A stretch of 64,000 nt of DNA. It comes from an uncultured Gammaproteobacteria bacterium. Lineage in GTDB: Bacteria; Patescibacteriota; Patescibacteriia; UBA1558; GWA2-36-10. The position numbers and the translations under genes are program-made. Below, in pieces: positions 47,507 through 57,923 of this stretch (position 1 is the stretch's first letter; each line of letters starts with the position of its first letter). The notes beneath the pieces were generated by a model. It did not search any database, had not been told where the DNA came from, and saw only the letters and a program-made list of their open reading frames with translations. The stretch is taken from contig CAZEWH010000002.1 of the NCBI GenBank assembly GCA_964515785.1, positions 94,182 to 158,181 on the forward strand, written 5' to 3'.

Positions 47507-49399
47507 TTATTGAGAAAAATACCAATTCATAAACCTATTTACTACTGATACAGCTAAACCATGATCACCACCTTCTTCTACTAAGGCAACTACAACAATT
47601 TTAGCATCTTTATAAGGCGCAAAAGCCGCAAACCAAGAATGCGGCGTTTTATTACGCATAAATTGAGCTGTACCAGTTTTTCCAGCTACTGGAACTGGAA
47701 CAGATTGTAGGCTTTTGGCTGTGCCAGATTTGACTGCCATTCTCATGCCTTGCCTTACAATATTTAAGTTATCAGAAGAAACCATATTCGTCAAAGTAAT
47801 TTTTGGTTCATAAATTTGATCTTCTTCAATTTGGCCTATTTTTTTTATAAAATGTGGTTGATAAGCTATACCATTATTAGCAAAATAGGATGTCATTTGA
47901 GCTGCTTGTATAGGCGTAGCCAACAAAAATCCTTGACCAATTGATAAATTATAAGTATCACCCAAATACCAAGGTTCATCAAATTTATCTTGTTTCCATT
48001 GCTTGCTTGGTAAAAAACCAGGTGACTCAGAAGCAAGATCAATATTTGTATTGCTTCCTAATCCAAATTTTTTAGCATAATCAATAATCCTATCTACCCC
48101 AAGGCCTAGACTTAAAAATTCATTATTTCCACCACCAATAGAATAAAAAAATGTATTAACCGAGTCAGCAATCGCCCAATAAATATCAGTCCAACCATGA
48201 CCACCTGGTCTCCAGTCGGGAAAAAAACTATTAGCAATCTGGACACCACCAGTACTATTTACTGTAAAATTATCATCAATCAATTTTTCTTCTAGAGCTG
48301 CTGGAGCAACTATTAATTTAAAAACGGACCCTAGAGGATAAATACCATCTACCACTCTATTTAACAATGGCGTATCTGGATTATTTATTACTTTATTATA
48401 TTCTTCATCATCCAAAATAGATGTAAAAATATTATTATCAAAGTTTGGCATAGAAACCATAGCCAGTACTCCTCCATCACTTGGATCCATAACAACAGCA
48501 GCCATCTTTTCTTTGTTGTATTGACGAGACAAATTATTCATAATCTCATAAAGTTTTGTTTGAGCTGTATTATCAATAGTTAAAACCAAATCTTGACCAT
48601 CTACAGGATCAGTCTTTCTTAGGATATTTTTTTGTCGATAATAAGCATCAACTTCTATCTGCTGAATACCATCTTGACCTCTTAAAATATCTTCATAGAC
48701 AAATTCTATACCATCTTTGCCCAATCTATCATGGTATTGATATTGTCCTTCTTTAATATCATCTTCACTCACTTGCCCTAAATATCCCAAAACATGAGAC
48801 AAGCCAAGATTGGATAAATATTGGCGACGAGGTTCATGAGAAACATTGATACTTGGCTCATTTTCAGAAAGCATCATTAGCTTGATAGCCTGTTCATAAG
48901 GTAAATTTTCATAAACAAGTATTTTGGCTGTTTCGCTTTGTTTATCTAATCGAATTTGTAACTCTTCTGCTTCGATATCTATAATCTCAGCTATATTATT
49001 TATAAATGAATCGCTGTCTTCTGGCATTAGCTCCGGAGTAATATACAAAAAGAAATAAGAAATATTTTTTACAAGTAGATTACCAAAACGATCATAAATC
49101 AAACCACGATTCGCTTTGATTACTTCAGAACGAATACGGTTCCCTTCTGCTATATTACGATAATGTTCACCTTTGGCGATTTGTAAATAAAATGCTCGTC
49201 CTAATAAAATAGATAAAACACCAGCAAAAACAAGAGATAAAATAAAAATCTTCTTATAAGAAAAAAATCTTCCTACATGATGAGATTTGTTATTAATATC
49301 AAAATCAACATAATCACCGCTATTTCTATCCAAGCGGTAATTTGCTATTTTGGCATCACTGACTGAGCCTTCTTGAATTTTAAAGGGATTGTCTGGCAT
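47507..49399 (-). CDS. mrdA: Penicillin-binding protein 2 (transpeptidase)
   Basis: N-terminal TM; SxxK (GSVFKL), SxN (ADSVN) and KTGT (AGKTGTAQ) motifs. Confidence 0.85.
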   Translation of the reverse strand: MPDNPFKIQEGSVSDAKIANYRLDRNSGDYVDFDINNKSHHVGRFFSYKKIFILSLVFAGVLSILLGRAFYLQIAKGEHYRNIAEGNRIRSEVIKANRGLIYDRFGNLLVKNISYFFLYITPELMPEDSDSFINNIAEIIDIEAEELQIRLDKQSETAKILVYENLPYEQAIKLMMLSENEPSINVSHEPRRQYLSNLGLSHVLGYLGQVSEDDIKEGQYQYHDRLGKDGIEFVYEDILRGQDGIQQIEVDAYYRQKNILRKTDPVDGQDLVLTIDNTAQTKLYEIMNNLSRQYNKEKMAAVVMDPSDGGVLAMVSMPNFDNNIFTSILDDEEYNKVINNPDTPLLNRVVDGIYPLGSVFKLIVAPAALEEKLIDDNFTVNSTGGVQIANSFFPDWRPGGHGWTDIYWAIADSVNTFFYSIGGGNNEFLSLGLGVDRIIDYAKKFGLGSNTNIDLASESPGFLPSKQWKQDKFDEPWYLGDTYNLSIGQGFLLATPIQAAQMTSYFANNGIAYQPHFIKKIGQIEEDQIYEPKITLTNMVSSDNLNIVRQGMRMAVKSGTAKSLQSVPVPVAGKTGTAQFMRNKTPHSWFAAFAPYKDAKIVVVALVEEGGDHGLAVSVVNRFMNWYFSQ

Positions 49400-49880
49400 G
49401 AGCTTTGACCCAAAAATTATAAATCAATAAATGAGTAATTAATGTTATTGAAAAAAATAAAATAAAGTTTTTAAAAATCAACCACCAAGCTTGTTTATTA
49501 AAAATATAAATCTGCCAATCAAACATAAGATTAAATAACCAAAAGAAAAACCAAAATAGTACAAAACTTAAAAGAGTTAAAATTATTATAGCTAAAAAAT
49601 TTTTGGAAGTAAGCCAAGTACTTTGTAATATTTTTAATATAAAAATTATTAACAAAAATATAATAGAATAAACACCAAAAATGCCACTCAAGGCATCAAG
49701 GTAAAGACCAGATACAGCAGCCAAACTATAGTACAACCAATAATCTTCAGTGTTGAAATAAGTCAATAAAATCAAAATTAAAAAAGGTTGAACATACTGC
49801 CAACCGCTTTGATGAAAATTAAGTAATGAGAATGTGTAAACGGCTAGTAGCCAAAATAATAAAACTATTAAATATCTCAT
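49380..49880 (-). CDS. mreD: Rod shape-determining protein MreD (putative)
   Basis: 166-aa polytopic membrane protein between mreC and mrdA. Confidence 0.5.
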   Translation of the reverse strand: MRYLIVLLFWLLAVYTFSLLNFHQSGWQYVQPFLILILLTYFNTEDYWLYYSLAAVSGLYLDALSGIFGVYSIIFLLIIFILKILQSTWLTSKNFLAIIILTLLSFVLFWFFFWLFNLMFDWQIYIFNKQAWWLIFKNFILFFSITLITHLLIYNFWVKAHARQSL

Positions 49881-49881
49881 A

Positions 49882-50613
49882 TTATTGTGTGATAACAGCT
49901 ACAATAGACAAAGTATTAAAATCTACTAAAGGCAAAACTGAAGCAGTTTTAAATAATTCTTCTTCAGAATATTGAATATCTTCAATAGTACCAACTACCA
50001 ATCCTTTTGGGATATTTGTATCCAGGTCAGCAGTCACTACTAGGTCATTTTTTTTGATATCATATTCTTGTGGTATATAATTCATAGTCAAACCCAATCC
50101 CAAACTACCGCTTAATAGGCCAGCTACTGATTGATCACCAATAGTAACTGCTAATTTACTAAAATTGTCAGTCAATAGCCTAATACTAGCAGAATCAAAT
50201 GTTGTATCAATAACTTTAGCTACTATAACGCCGTTATTTATAACTACAGCTTGGCCCTTGACAATACCCTGCTTAGAGCCAACATCAATAATCAAAATAT
50301 TATTATTAAAAGGATCACGACTCAAAATATTAGCTACTATTAATTTATATTCTTTATTTTGTTTGAAATCTAATAAATTTTTTAATTCTTCATTTTCATC
50401 TGTCAAAGTTTTGAGCTGACTATTGATAACTAATAAATTTTTATAAGATTCTTGCAAATCATCAGGCGCCTTAAATAGACTATTGGCTGGTTGTTGAGGG
50501 GCCCAAACTCTAAAAATAGTACCAATATCAAAAATCTGTCCATTTTTCAATAAAATAAACAGAACAATAATTACTAAAATTAGTAAAAATGCTTTTATGT
50601 TTTCGCTACGCAT
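49882..50613 (-). CDS. mreC: Rod shape-determining protein MreC
   Basis: N-terminal TM, coiled-coil, then beta-barrel domains; synteny. Confidence 0.75.
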   Translation of the reverse strand: MRSENIKAFLLILVIIVLFILLKNGQIFDIGTIFRVWAPQQPANSLFKAPDDLQESYKNLLVINSQLKTLTDENEELKNLLDFKQNKEYKLIVANILSRDPFNNNILIIDVGSKQGIVKGQAVVINNGVIVAKVIDTTFDSASIRLLTDNFSKLAVTIGDQSVAGLLSGSLGLGLTMNYIPQEYDIKKNDLVVTADLDTNIPKGLVVGTIEDIQYSEEELFKTASVLPLVDFNTLSIVAVITQ

Positions 50614-50622
50614 ATAAATTTA

Positions 50623-51675
50623 TTAACCAAAACTAGAGTCTTTAGTTGATGGTAAAAGTATTTCTTTTAAATTATCTAGATCATCCAAAACTTTTCCAGT
50701 ACCTCGCACCACAGCTGTCAGCGGTTCGTCAGTAATATGAACTGGCATTTTTGTTTCTTGTGATATCAAAGTATCCAAACCACGCAATAAGGCTCCACCA
50801 CCAGTCAACACCAAACCTCTCTCATAAAGATCAGAGACAAGTTCTGGAGGAGTTGTTTCTATGGTGGCTTTGATATTTTCTATAACAAGTTTAATAGGTT
50901 TTATAATAGCCTCTCTGATATTAGAATCTGTAATTTTTATTTGTTTGGGTAAACCAGTCAATAAATCTCGACCACGCATGATAGACTCTAGCGGTTCATC
51001 AAGTGGTAATACAGAAGCAATCTGTATTTTGATCTTTTCGGCAGATCTTTCTCCTAATAAAATATTAAACTTATCACGAGCATATTGGACAATAGCTTCA
51101 TTAAGTTTATCACCAGCTAGTTTTAAAGCTTTCCAAGCTACAACCCCACCAAGTGAAATAACAGCTATCTCAGTCGTACCACCACCAATATCTACAATCA
51201 TACTACCAGAAGCTTCTTGGATTGGTAGGCCAGCCCCTATAGCTGCTGCCATTGGTTCTTCTATCAAGAGTACATCAGAAGCACCAGCTCCTAGTACAGC
51301 ATCTTCTACAGCCTTACGTTCTACTTCTGTGATATCAAGTGGAATAGCAATTACAACTCGTGGTCTAGGTACAAAAGTAAATGACTCACGATGAACTTTT
51401 TCGATAAAATATTTGATCATTTTTTCAGATACCTCAAAATCAGAAATCACACCATCGACTAAAGGTCGGGTAACAGTAATATGCTGAGGTGTCTTACCAA
51501 GCATGATCTTGGCATCTTCACCAACTGCCACTATTTTTTCTGTACGGTTGTTGATAGCAACGACCGAAGGCTCATTGATAATTATTCCCTGGTCTTTAAC
51601 ATAAACCAAGGTATTGGCCGTTCCCAGGTCAATACCTATGTCTTTAGAAAAATTTCGAAAAAATTTACGAATCAT
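50623..51675 (-). CDS. mreB: Rod shape-determining protein MreB (copy 2)
   Basis: GIDLGTANTLVYV...; 350 aa. Confidence 0.9.
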   Translation of the reverse strand: MIRKFFRNFSKDIGIDLGTANTLVYVKDQGIIINEPSVVAINNRTEKIVAVGEDAKIMLGKTPQHITVTRPLVDGVISDFEVSEKMIKYFIEKVHRESFTFVPRPRVVIAIPLDITEVERKAVEDAVLGAGASDVLLIEEPMAAAIGAGLPIQEASGSMIVDIGGGTTEIAVISLGGVVAWKALKLAGDKLNEAIVQYARDKFNILLGERSAEKIKIQIASVLPLDEPLESIMRGRDLLTGLPKQIKITDSNIREAIIKPIKLVIENIKATIETTPPELVSDLYERGLVLTGGGALLRGLDTLISQETKMPVHITDEPLTAVVRGTGKVLDDLDNLKEILLPSTKDSSFG

Positions 51676-52916
51676 TATTTATAAAAATCTTTAAGTTGTT
51701 TAATCCCCTCCTTAATATTTAGATTTTGCTTGCTATGATCTGATCTTTTTGTAATTTCTAGATCTGTTTGTTTATCAGAAACTATCACTTGCCAGCAAAT
51801 ACCGATCAAATCAGCGTCTTTGAGCTTTTTACCAAAAGATATGTCCCGATCATCATATAATACTTCAAAACCAGCCTTTGTTAGCTCTTGATATACTTTA
51901 TCAGCTTCCTTTGTCTTATCATTTTTTGACAAATTTAGCAAATGAATATGATAAGGGGTTGTGCTTTTGGTCCATATTATACCATCTTTGTCATGACTAG
52001 CTTCAACTACAGTTCCCATAGCTCTACCCAAGCCAATGCCGTATGAACCCATAAAAACATCTACTGGTTTACCATCTTTGTTAGTGACTTGCAGCTTCAT
52101 AGCATTTGAGTATTTGGTACCTAGTCTAAAAATATTTCCAGCTTCTACTGTTTTGACTTCTTCTACTTTGGTTTTACATTTAGGACAGGCACCTCCAGCT
52201 TTGACTTTGGCTATCTCAGCGTTTTGAGCCCAGCCACATTTACGACATAAAATAGTCAGATCTTCTCCAGCCTCTGTCTCAACCATAAACTCATGAGAAA
52301 ATTCTTTACTCATTGCTCCACCTGAAGCTTCTACTGAAAAAGCTTCTAAACCAAATCGTTTGAAAATCTTGAGATAAGCATCATGAGCTATTTTATAAAA
52401 ATTATCCAAATCTTCTTGAGTTTCATGAAAACTGTATAAATCTTTCATAGAAAATTCACGACCACGCAAGAGACCAGATTTGGCTCTTTTTTCATTTCTA
52501 AATTTATCTTGAATCTGATAAATATAAACTGGCAGATCTTTGTAGGATTTGATATCTTGTTTGCCAAGTTCTGTAACTACTTCTTCATGAGTGGTTGCTA
52601 AGCCAACATCTGATCCATGACCATCAGCAAATTGATACATGATATCTTGCATTTCATCCCAACGACCTGTTTGATCCCAAAGTTCTTTTGGTTGCAGGGC
52701 TGTCATATTCATTTCTTGACCACCAATAGCATTCATTTCTTCTTGTATGATAGCTTCTATTTTTTTGTAAACTCTCCATCCTAAAGGCAAATAATTATAA
52801 ACTCCGGCCATGTGTTTTGAAATAAAACCAGCTCGAGTTAATAATTCTGCATTTATACTTTTTTCATCTTTGGAAATATCTTTGCGGGTTTTTCCAAATA
52901 GTTTCGATTGTTTCAT
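51675..52916 (-). CDS. proS: Proline--tRNA ligase, compact (no editing insertion)
   Basis: FGKTRKD...SINAELLTRAGF N-terminus; class II motifs; C-terminal anticodon-binding domain; only 413 aa. Confidence 0.85.
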   Translation of the reverse strand: MKQSKLFGKTRKDISKDEKSINAELLTRAGFISKHMAGVYNYLPLGWRVYKKIEAIIQEEMNAIGGQEMNMTALQPKELWDQTGRWDEMQDIMYQFADGHGSDVGLATTHEEVVTELGKQDIKSYKDLPVYIYQIQDKFRNEKRAKSGLLRGREFSMKDLYSFHETQEDLDNFYKIAHDAYLKIFKRFGLEAFSVEASGGAMSKEFSHEFMVETEAGEDLTILCRKCGWAQNAEIAKVKAGGACPKCKTKVEEVKTVEAGNIFRLGTKYSNAMKLQVTNKDGKPVDVFMGSYGIGLGRAMGTVVEASHDKDGIIWTKSTTPYHIHLLNLSKNDKTKEADKVYQELTKAGFEVLYDDRDISFGKKLKDADLIGICWQVIVSDKQTDLEITKRSDHSKQNLNIKEGIKQLKDFYK

Positions 52917-52917
52917 A

Positions 52918-53205
52918 TTATTGATTGTTTATAAAATTTAATATTCTTTGCTTTTCTTGCTCTAAAATTTCTCCATCATAGTCACCGCTGTGAGCTGTAG
53001 TTCCAGCATAACAAGCAGCTTTTTGATCTAGATGAATAGAGATTTGCAAACCATCTTTTATATCTCTAAGATAAACATGCAATCGCGGGAATTCGCCACT
53101 AGACAAACGTTTAGCAAAGCTTTCACCTTTTTTTACTAGATGATAACCCAAGCTACGCATTAAAATTATATGGTTTTGATTATTATTTTGAACAACAAAT
53201 TTCAT
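52918..53205 (-). CDS. Hypothetical small protein
   Basis: ORF abutting proS and rseP; likely start at MKFVV. Confidence 0.3.
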   Translation of the reverse strand: MKFVVQNNNQNHIILMRSLGYHLVKKGESFAKRLSSGEFPRLHVYLRDIKDGLQISIHLDQKAACYAGTTAHSGDYDGEILEQEKQRILNFINNQ

Positions 53206-53206
53206 A

Positions 53207-54307
53207 CTAAAAAATATTTTTAATTGACTCCCACATTTGACCGCCAAACTTTGTAAAATCTTTATAAGTAATAACGACCAATAATAATATTAATAACAAA
53301 AATCCAGAATTATGAATAATAGCTTCTATTTTTTGATTTAATTTTTTACGACGAACTTTTTCTATTAAAACAAACAACAATCTACCGCCATCCAAAGCTG
53401 GAAAAGGTAAAATATTGATAATACCCAAATTAATAGATAAAATAGCAGCAAAATGTAATACATAAGACCAGCCCATGCGAACAATCTGTCCAGTAATAAC
53501 TGCCACACCTATAGGTCCAGACAAATCAGCTGATACTCCTCCACCAGTCACTAAACTAGCAATCAGTTGATAAAAAGCAACTAATACCAACCAAATCATC
53601 AAACCAGTATACTGTAAACCTTTCCAAATACTAGTAAAAAACCCATAACGAACTATACCAGTATCCATCATACCAATACCAATAATCAAAGAATCATCTT
53701 CTTGAATTTGTGGGGAAACATCAAATTCTAATATTTCATCTTGACGACTAAGCACTATATGTAATGGCTGATCATCAAAAGTTTGAACTTTATTATAAAC
53801 ATCTTCGTTAGTAGTCAATTCTTGATTATCTATAGAAATTATTTTATCACTAACCTTTATACCAGCTTCAGCAGCTGGTGAATCAGGTAAAACTTCAATA
53901 ATCATTACTTGTCGATCAGAAATATCTTTGGCTTGCATATTTGGCTCTAAGGCCTGTGGTAAACCAACAAAAAATCCAATAGATAAAATCACAAAAGCAA
54001 AAGCAAAATTCATCAGCACACCAGCTGATAAAACCAATGATCTTTTCCATACTTTTTGATTGGCAAAACTACGTTTATCAGCTGGATCAGCTTCAGTCTC
54101 GCCTTTTATTTTTACATAACCGCCTACAGGGATTAGATTTATTGAATATACTACGCCCTTACGTTTTATAGAAATCAAGCGTGGCGGAAAGCCTATAGCA
54201 AATTCTTCAACATCGATCCCCAATTTTATGGCGGAAATAAAATGACCTAGTTCATGCACTAGAATCAAAAGACCTAATATTACAACAAAGGCTATAATTG
54301 TTATCAT
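53207..54307 (-). CDS. rseP: Site-2 protease RseP (M50 zinc metalloprotease with PDZ)
   Basis: HELGHF (HExxH), a PDZ segment, and C-terminal LNLLPFPALDGG. Confidence 0.85.
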   Translation of the reverse strand: MITIIAFVVILGLLILVHELGHFISAIKLGIDVEEFAIGFPPRLISIKRKGVVYSINLIPVGGYVKIKGETEADPADKRSFANQKVWKRSLVLSAGVLMNFAFAFVILSIGFFVGLPQALEPNMQAKDISDRQVMIIEVLPDSPAAEAGIKVSDKIISIDNQELTTNEDVYNKVQTFDDQPLHIVLSRQDEILEFDVSPQIQEDDSLIIGIGMMDTGIVRYGFFTSIWKGLQYTGLMIWLVLVAFYQLIASLVTGGGVSADLSGPIGVAVITGQIVRMGWSYVLHFAAILSINLGIINILPFPALDGGRLLFVLIEKVRRKKLNQKIEAIIHNSGFLLLILLLVVITYKDFTKFGGQMWESIKNIF

Positions 54308-54311
54308 AAAT

Positions 54312-54863
54312 TTATATTGTCATTATTTCTTTCTCTTTATTATCGCAAACTTCTTTCAATTTTTCGTTGTATTCTTTTGTTAGTTCGTCTAGATTTTTCA
54401 GATCTTGAAACTTTTCATCTTCTGAGATTTCTTTATTTTTTTCTAAAGTAATAATCTCATCTTTAATTTTATCTCTCTGACCACGCAAAGCAATTCTAGA
54501 CTCTTCTAATTTTTTGTGTAAAATTTTGACCAATTCTTTACGACTTTCCTCTGTCAATGGTGGAAAATTTAGACGAAGCAAATCTCCATCTACTACAGGA
54601 TTTACATTTAGGTCAGAATTTTGTAGAGCTTTGTCTATGTCTTTTATAATGCTCTTGTCCCAAGGTTTTATAGCAATGCTGTGTGGCTCAGGACTTGTAA
54701 TAGAAGCCAATTGCACCAATTCAGTAAATGTCCCGTATGATTCTATCTTTATACTTTCTACTATACTGGGAGATACTCTGCCAGTTCGTAGAGAGCCAAT
54801 ATCCTGTTTGAAAAAATCTAATGTTTTTTCATATTGATCTTTATGATCATCAATATTACTCAT
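54312..54863 (-). CDS. frr: Ribosome recycling factor
   Basis: 183 aa; typical RRF pattern. Confidence 0.9.
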   Translation of the reverse strand: MSNIDDHKDQYEKTLDFFKQDIGSLRTGRVSPSIVESIKIESYGTFTELVQLASITSPEPHSIAIKPWDKSIIKDIDKALQNSDLNVNPVVDGDLLRLNFPPLTEESRKELVKILHKKLEESRIALRGQRDKIKDEIITLEKNKEISEDEKFQDLKNLDELTKEYNEKLKEVCDNKEKEIMTI

Positions 54864-54876
54864 AAATTTAAATTAA

Positions 54877-55986
54877 TTATTGTTGAATAAGATAAGCACC
54901 TAAATACAAATATTTATTATCAGGTGAAAAATTTAATAACCAAGCATTGTGGGCTGTTGGTAGATTATTTATTGCCCAAGAAACTCCGCCATCTACAGAA
55001 TGATAAATAGCTTGACTAGTACCATAAAATATTTCATTACTATTTTGAGGATTGACCAAAACTGAATAAATAACTTCTTGAGCTTTAGGGGTCAATAATT
55101 TGACTTGAGTCCAAAGATTACCGTCTATCAAACGAAACATACCAAATCTATTTATTAAGATAACACCATCTGGTACACTTTTATCCGATTCAAAGGCTAA
55201 AATATCATTGGCATTTTTTAAATCTTTAAGAGCTCTAAAATCTGTTTCTTCTAATTCTGCTTCATCAAAAGGTAATTCCATCAAACTTTTCCAATTATCA
55301 CCACCATCAGGACTACGAAAAATACCATTTTTTTTGGTACTCATATAAACAACATTACTATCAGAGTGATTTTGAACAAATAGATTTTTGATACCACTAG
55401 GCAAACGAATTGTCACATACCAAGAAGCACCATTGTCGGTACTCTTCAAAAAACTACCAGCTGAATTCCCAGCCAAAACAACATTTGGTTCAGAATGTTT
55501 GATATCTAAAGTAGTAATAAATATACTAGGGTTACCAGCTGTACCTGTTTCAAAATAAACCTGTTTCCAAGAACGGGCACAATCTTCTGTTTTATAAATT
55601 GAATTATGCACAGCAGCATAAATTGTACAACGATAACGTGGATGGACTACAATATCATTTACCGTTCCTTTACCAATCAAGGTCCTAAACCAAGCTTGGC
55701 CATAATTGTAGCTATAGAAAATACCATCATGCTGACTACCAAGATAAACAACTGCTGGATCATTGGCTTCAAAAGCCATAGATGTTATATTTGATCCACT
55801 AAAATTTTGTTCTTGACCTCCTGGTGTATAGACAGTGGTCGTATGTTCCCAATTAGTACCAGAATCAGGACTACGAAAAATACCACCAGATGAACCAATA
55901 TTACCTGTTTTCTTAAAACTAATACAACCAGATAAAATCAATGGCAGAATGACTAAAAAAATAAAAGATTTTTTAAAATTTTGCAT
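54877..55986 (-). CDS. BNR/Asp-box repeat beta-propeller lipoprotein (Ycf48-like)
   Basis: Lipobox …LSGC; six SxDxGxxW repeats (SPDSGTNW, YNYGQAW, TEDCARSW, STDNGASW, SPDGGDNW, SVDGGVSW). Confidence 0.6.
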   Translation of the reverse strand: MQNFKKSFIFLVILPLILSGCISFKKTGNIGSSGGIFRSPDSGTNWEHTTTVYTPGGQEQNFSGSNITSMAFEANDPAVVYLGSQHDGIFYSYNYGQAWFRTLIGKGTVNDIVVHPRYRCTIYAAVHNSIYKTEDCARSWKQVYFETGTAGNPSIFITTLDIKHSEPNVVLAGNSAGSFLKSTDNGASWYVTIRLPSGIKNLFVQNHSDSNVVYMSTKKNGIFRSPDGGDNWKSLMELPFDEAELEETDFRALKDLKNANDILAFESDKSVPDGVILINRFGMFRLIDGNLWTQVKLLTPKAQEVIYSVLVNPQNSNEIFYGTSQAIYHSVDGGVSWAINNLPTAHNAWLLNFSPDNKYLYLGAYLIQQ

Positions 55987-55990
55987 ATTT

Positions 55991-56995
55991 TTATTTTACA
56001 CTTAAAAGTAGATTTTCCCACAATAATTGTGGAGACACATTTTTTCTTAATTTTTGTTTTATGTTATTAATAGCTAATAAATTATTTAATAATTTTTCTT
56101 GCGTAAAATTTTGACTTAAAATCTGCAGCTCTGATAAATAAATCTGGTTGACTACAGGTCTATCTAGCTTTAACCACAACATATCTCGTAAAAAAACTTC
56201 AAATAAATCAAGATATTGTTTTGTCAGATTACCTAACTCATAAATTTTAAAACTAGGATATTCTTTTTTCAAAACATTGAACCATTTGTCGATAGTCTGC
56301 ATATAATGCCAAGTGTCGCTAGATAATAATTTTATAATAAAATTACAATTTTTCTTAAAACTAGCTAACTCATCTTCCATAAGTCCCAAAGCAATACCAG
56401 GTTTACCAAATGACAAATTAATAATAGTTTGTTTTTCGTCTTGAGAAAATTTAAAATTTTCAAGCCAATCTTCCATATTTTGTCGAGCCAATGATTTGAA
56501 CTTGAGCAATTGACAACGAGAAATAACAGTAGATGGTAAGTTGACTATACTATCTGCTACCAAAATAATAGAAGTATTACGGGGTGGTTCTTCTAGAGTC
56601 TTAAGAAGAGCATTGGCACCATGTAAATTAATCTTGTCTATACCATAAATAATAGCTAATTTTTTTTGACCTGATACATGTGACAAAGACAATTTGTGTA
56701 AAAATTCTCTAATACTTTCTACTGACAGTTCACCTTCTCTGGATCCTAGAGTATGTAAATCTAAAAAAGTTTTTTTGTCTATCAATCTACAATGATAACA
56801 TTTATTACATGGGCGGATTTTAGGATCTTGGCAAAACAGGCTTTTGGCAAAATATTTGGCTGCTAATTTTTTACCTAAACCTCGTGCTCCATAAAACAAA
56901 TAAGTATTGGCTAATTTGTCATTTATTATAGCTTGCTGCAAAAATTGGAGCTGGTTTTGGTGACCATAAATTGGCCATTCAAATTTGTATGACAT
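55991..56995 (-). CDS. holB: DNA polymerase III subunit delta-prime
   Basis: YLFYGARGLGKKLAAKYFAKSLFC plus Cys4 zinc module; AAA+ clamp-loader fold. Confidence 0.8.
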   Translation of the reverse strand: MSYKFEWPIYGHQNQLQFLQQAIINDKLANTYLFYGARGLGKKLAAKYFAKSLFCQDPKIRPCNKCYHCRLIDKKTFLDLHTLGSREGELSVESIREFLHKLSLSHVSGQKKLAIIYGIDKINLHGANALLKTLEEPPRNTSIILVADSIVNLPSTVISRCQLLKFKSLARQNMEDWLENFKFSQDEKQTIINLSFGKPGIALGLMEDELASFKKNCNFIIKLLSSDTWHYMQTIDKWFNVLKKEYPSFKIYELGNLTKQYLDLFEVFLRDMLWLKLDRPVVNQIYLSELQILSQNFTQEKLLNNLLAINNIKQKLRKNVSPQLLWENLLLSVK

Positions 56996-57048
56996 TATCT
57001 ATAAAATACCATTTTTAAGACTAAAAATCAATATTAATTATTTTAATC

Positions 57049-57077
57049 CTTGACAAAATATAAAATATATGCTATAA
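57049..57077 (+). promoter_or_regulatory. Consensus sigma70 promoter TTGACA-17 nt-TATAAT
   Basis: cTTGACAaaatataaaatatatgcTATAATact; RBS ggaggt at 57113-57118. Confidence 0.55.
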
Positions 57078-57122
57078 TACTATAATTCATTGTTCCTAAT
57101 CCCTTGTATTTGGAGGTCTAAA

Positions 57123-57485
57123 ATGTATTACACGGATCTAATTTCCAGGTCAACTCCTGACCTGGCGAGCCGTGCACACACCATCGAGATCATGCTGCGT
57201 CATACCAACGAGACGCCCAACTGGATCCTGCGTTTCCTGATTGTGAGCTGGTGGCCCTACTGGCTTGATGAGATGCATTCTCATTACCAGGGCAATGACT
57301 GGGCCACTCAGATGGGACAACGCATCCTAGAGCAGAGCCCAAGCTATCGGGACCTATGTTTTGTCAAGAAGCACATTCCGCCTCTGGCCGAACAAGCCAT
57401 CCTCATGATCCTGGGACAGCACAGTCCTGGCTCTTTCCAGCGTCAGCTCTTGACCAAGGAACTGCGTCGCCTGCGAGCGACTTAG
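57123..57485 (+). CDS. Hypothetical soluble protein, strongly GC-rich (compositionally foreign)
   Basis: 120 aa starting MYYTDLISRS...; GC by eye above 50% against an approximately 30% background; codons such as CTG/GCC/CGC are frequent; bidirectional terminator at 57487-57525. Confidence 0.5.
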   Translation: MYYTDLISRSTPDLASRAHTIEIMLRHTNETPNWILRFLIVSWWPYWLDEMHSHYQGNDWATQMGQRILEQSPSYRDLCFVKKHIPPLAEQAILMILGQHSPGSFQRQLLTKELRRLRAT

Positions 57486-57486
57486 T

Positions 57487-57525
57487 AAAACCCCCTCTTC
57501 ATCTCGAAGAGGGGGAATTTTTTAT
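57487..57525. terminator. Bidirectional intrinsic terminator (aaaaccccctcttcatctcgaagagggggaatttttt)
   Basis: Perfect 9-bp GC stem flanked by A- and T-runs; serves 57123..57485 (+) and rnhA (-). Confidence 0.7.
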
Positions 57526-57923
57526 TTAAGTTGTTTATCCAGTGCTTTATTGACTAAAGCATCAGCCTGAGTATTCTTTTCACGCCTGACATGATTGAAA
57601 GTTACTTTGTCAAACTTATGAGTCAAATTATATGCTTTGACAAATAATTTTTGCAAAACAGGTTCTTTGATCTTCCAATTTTTATTTACTTGTTCAACAA
57701 CAAGCTTGCTATCAAGATAGCAATCAAGTTTTTTTATTTTATGTTTAATAGCTAATTTGAGTCCAGCAATAATTGCTTCGTATTCTGCTTGATTATTTGT
57801 AGCTTCACCAATATATTCTGAAAACTCGGCAATCAGTTTGTCGCTATCAAATAAAACACCACCAATACCAGCTGGTCCTGGATTATTACGAGCTCCTCCG
57901 TCTGTATATAATTTATGACTCAT
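57522..57923 (-). CDS. rnhA: Ribonuclease HI
   Basis: YTDGGARNNPGPAGIGGVL...TNNQAEYEAII...D. Confidence 0.9.
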   Translation of the reverse strand: MSHKLYTDGGARNNPGPAGIGGVLFDSDKLIAEFSEYIGEATNNQAEYEAIIAGLKLAIKHKIKKLDCYLDSKLVVEQVNKNWKIKEPVLQKLFVKAYNLTHKFDKVTFNHVRREKNTQADALVNKALDKQLK

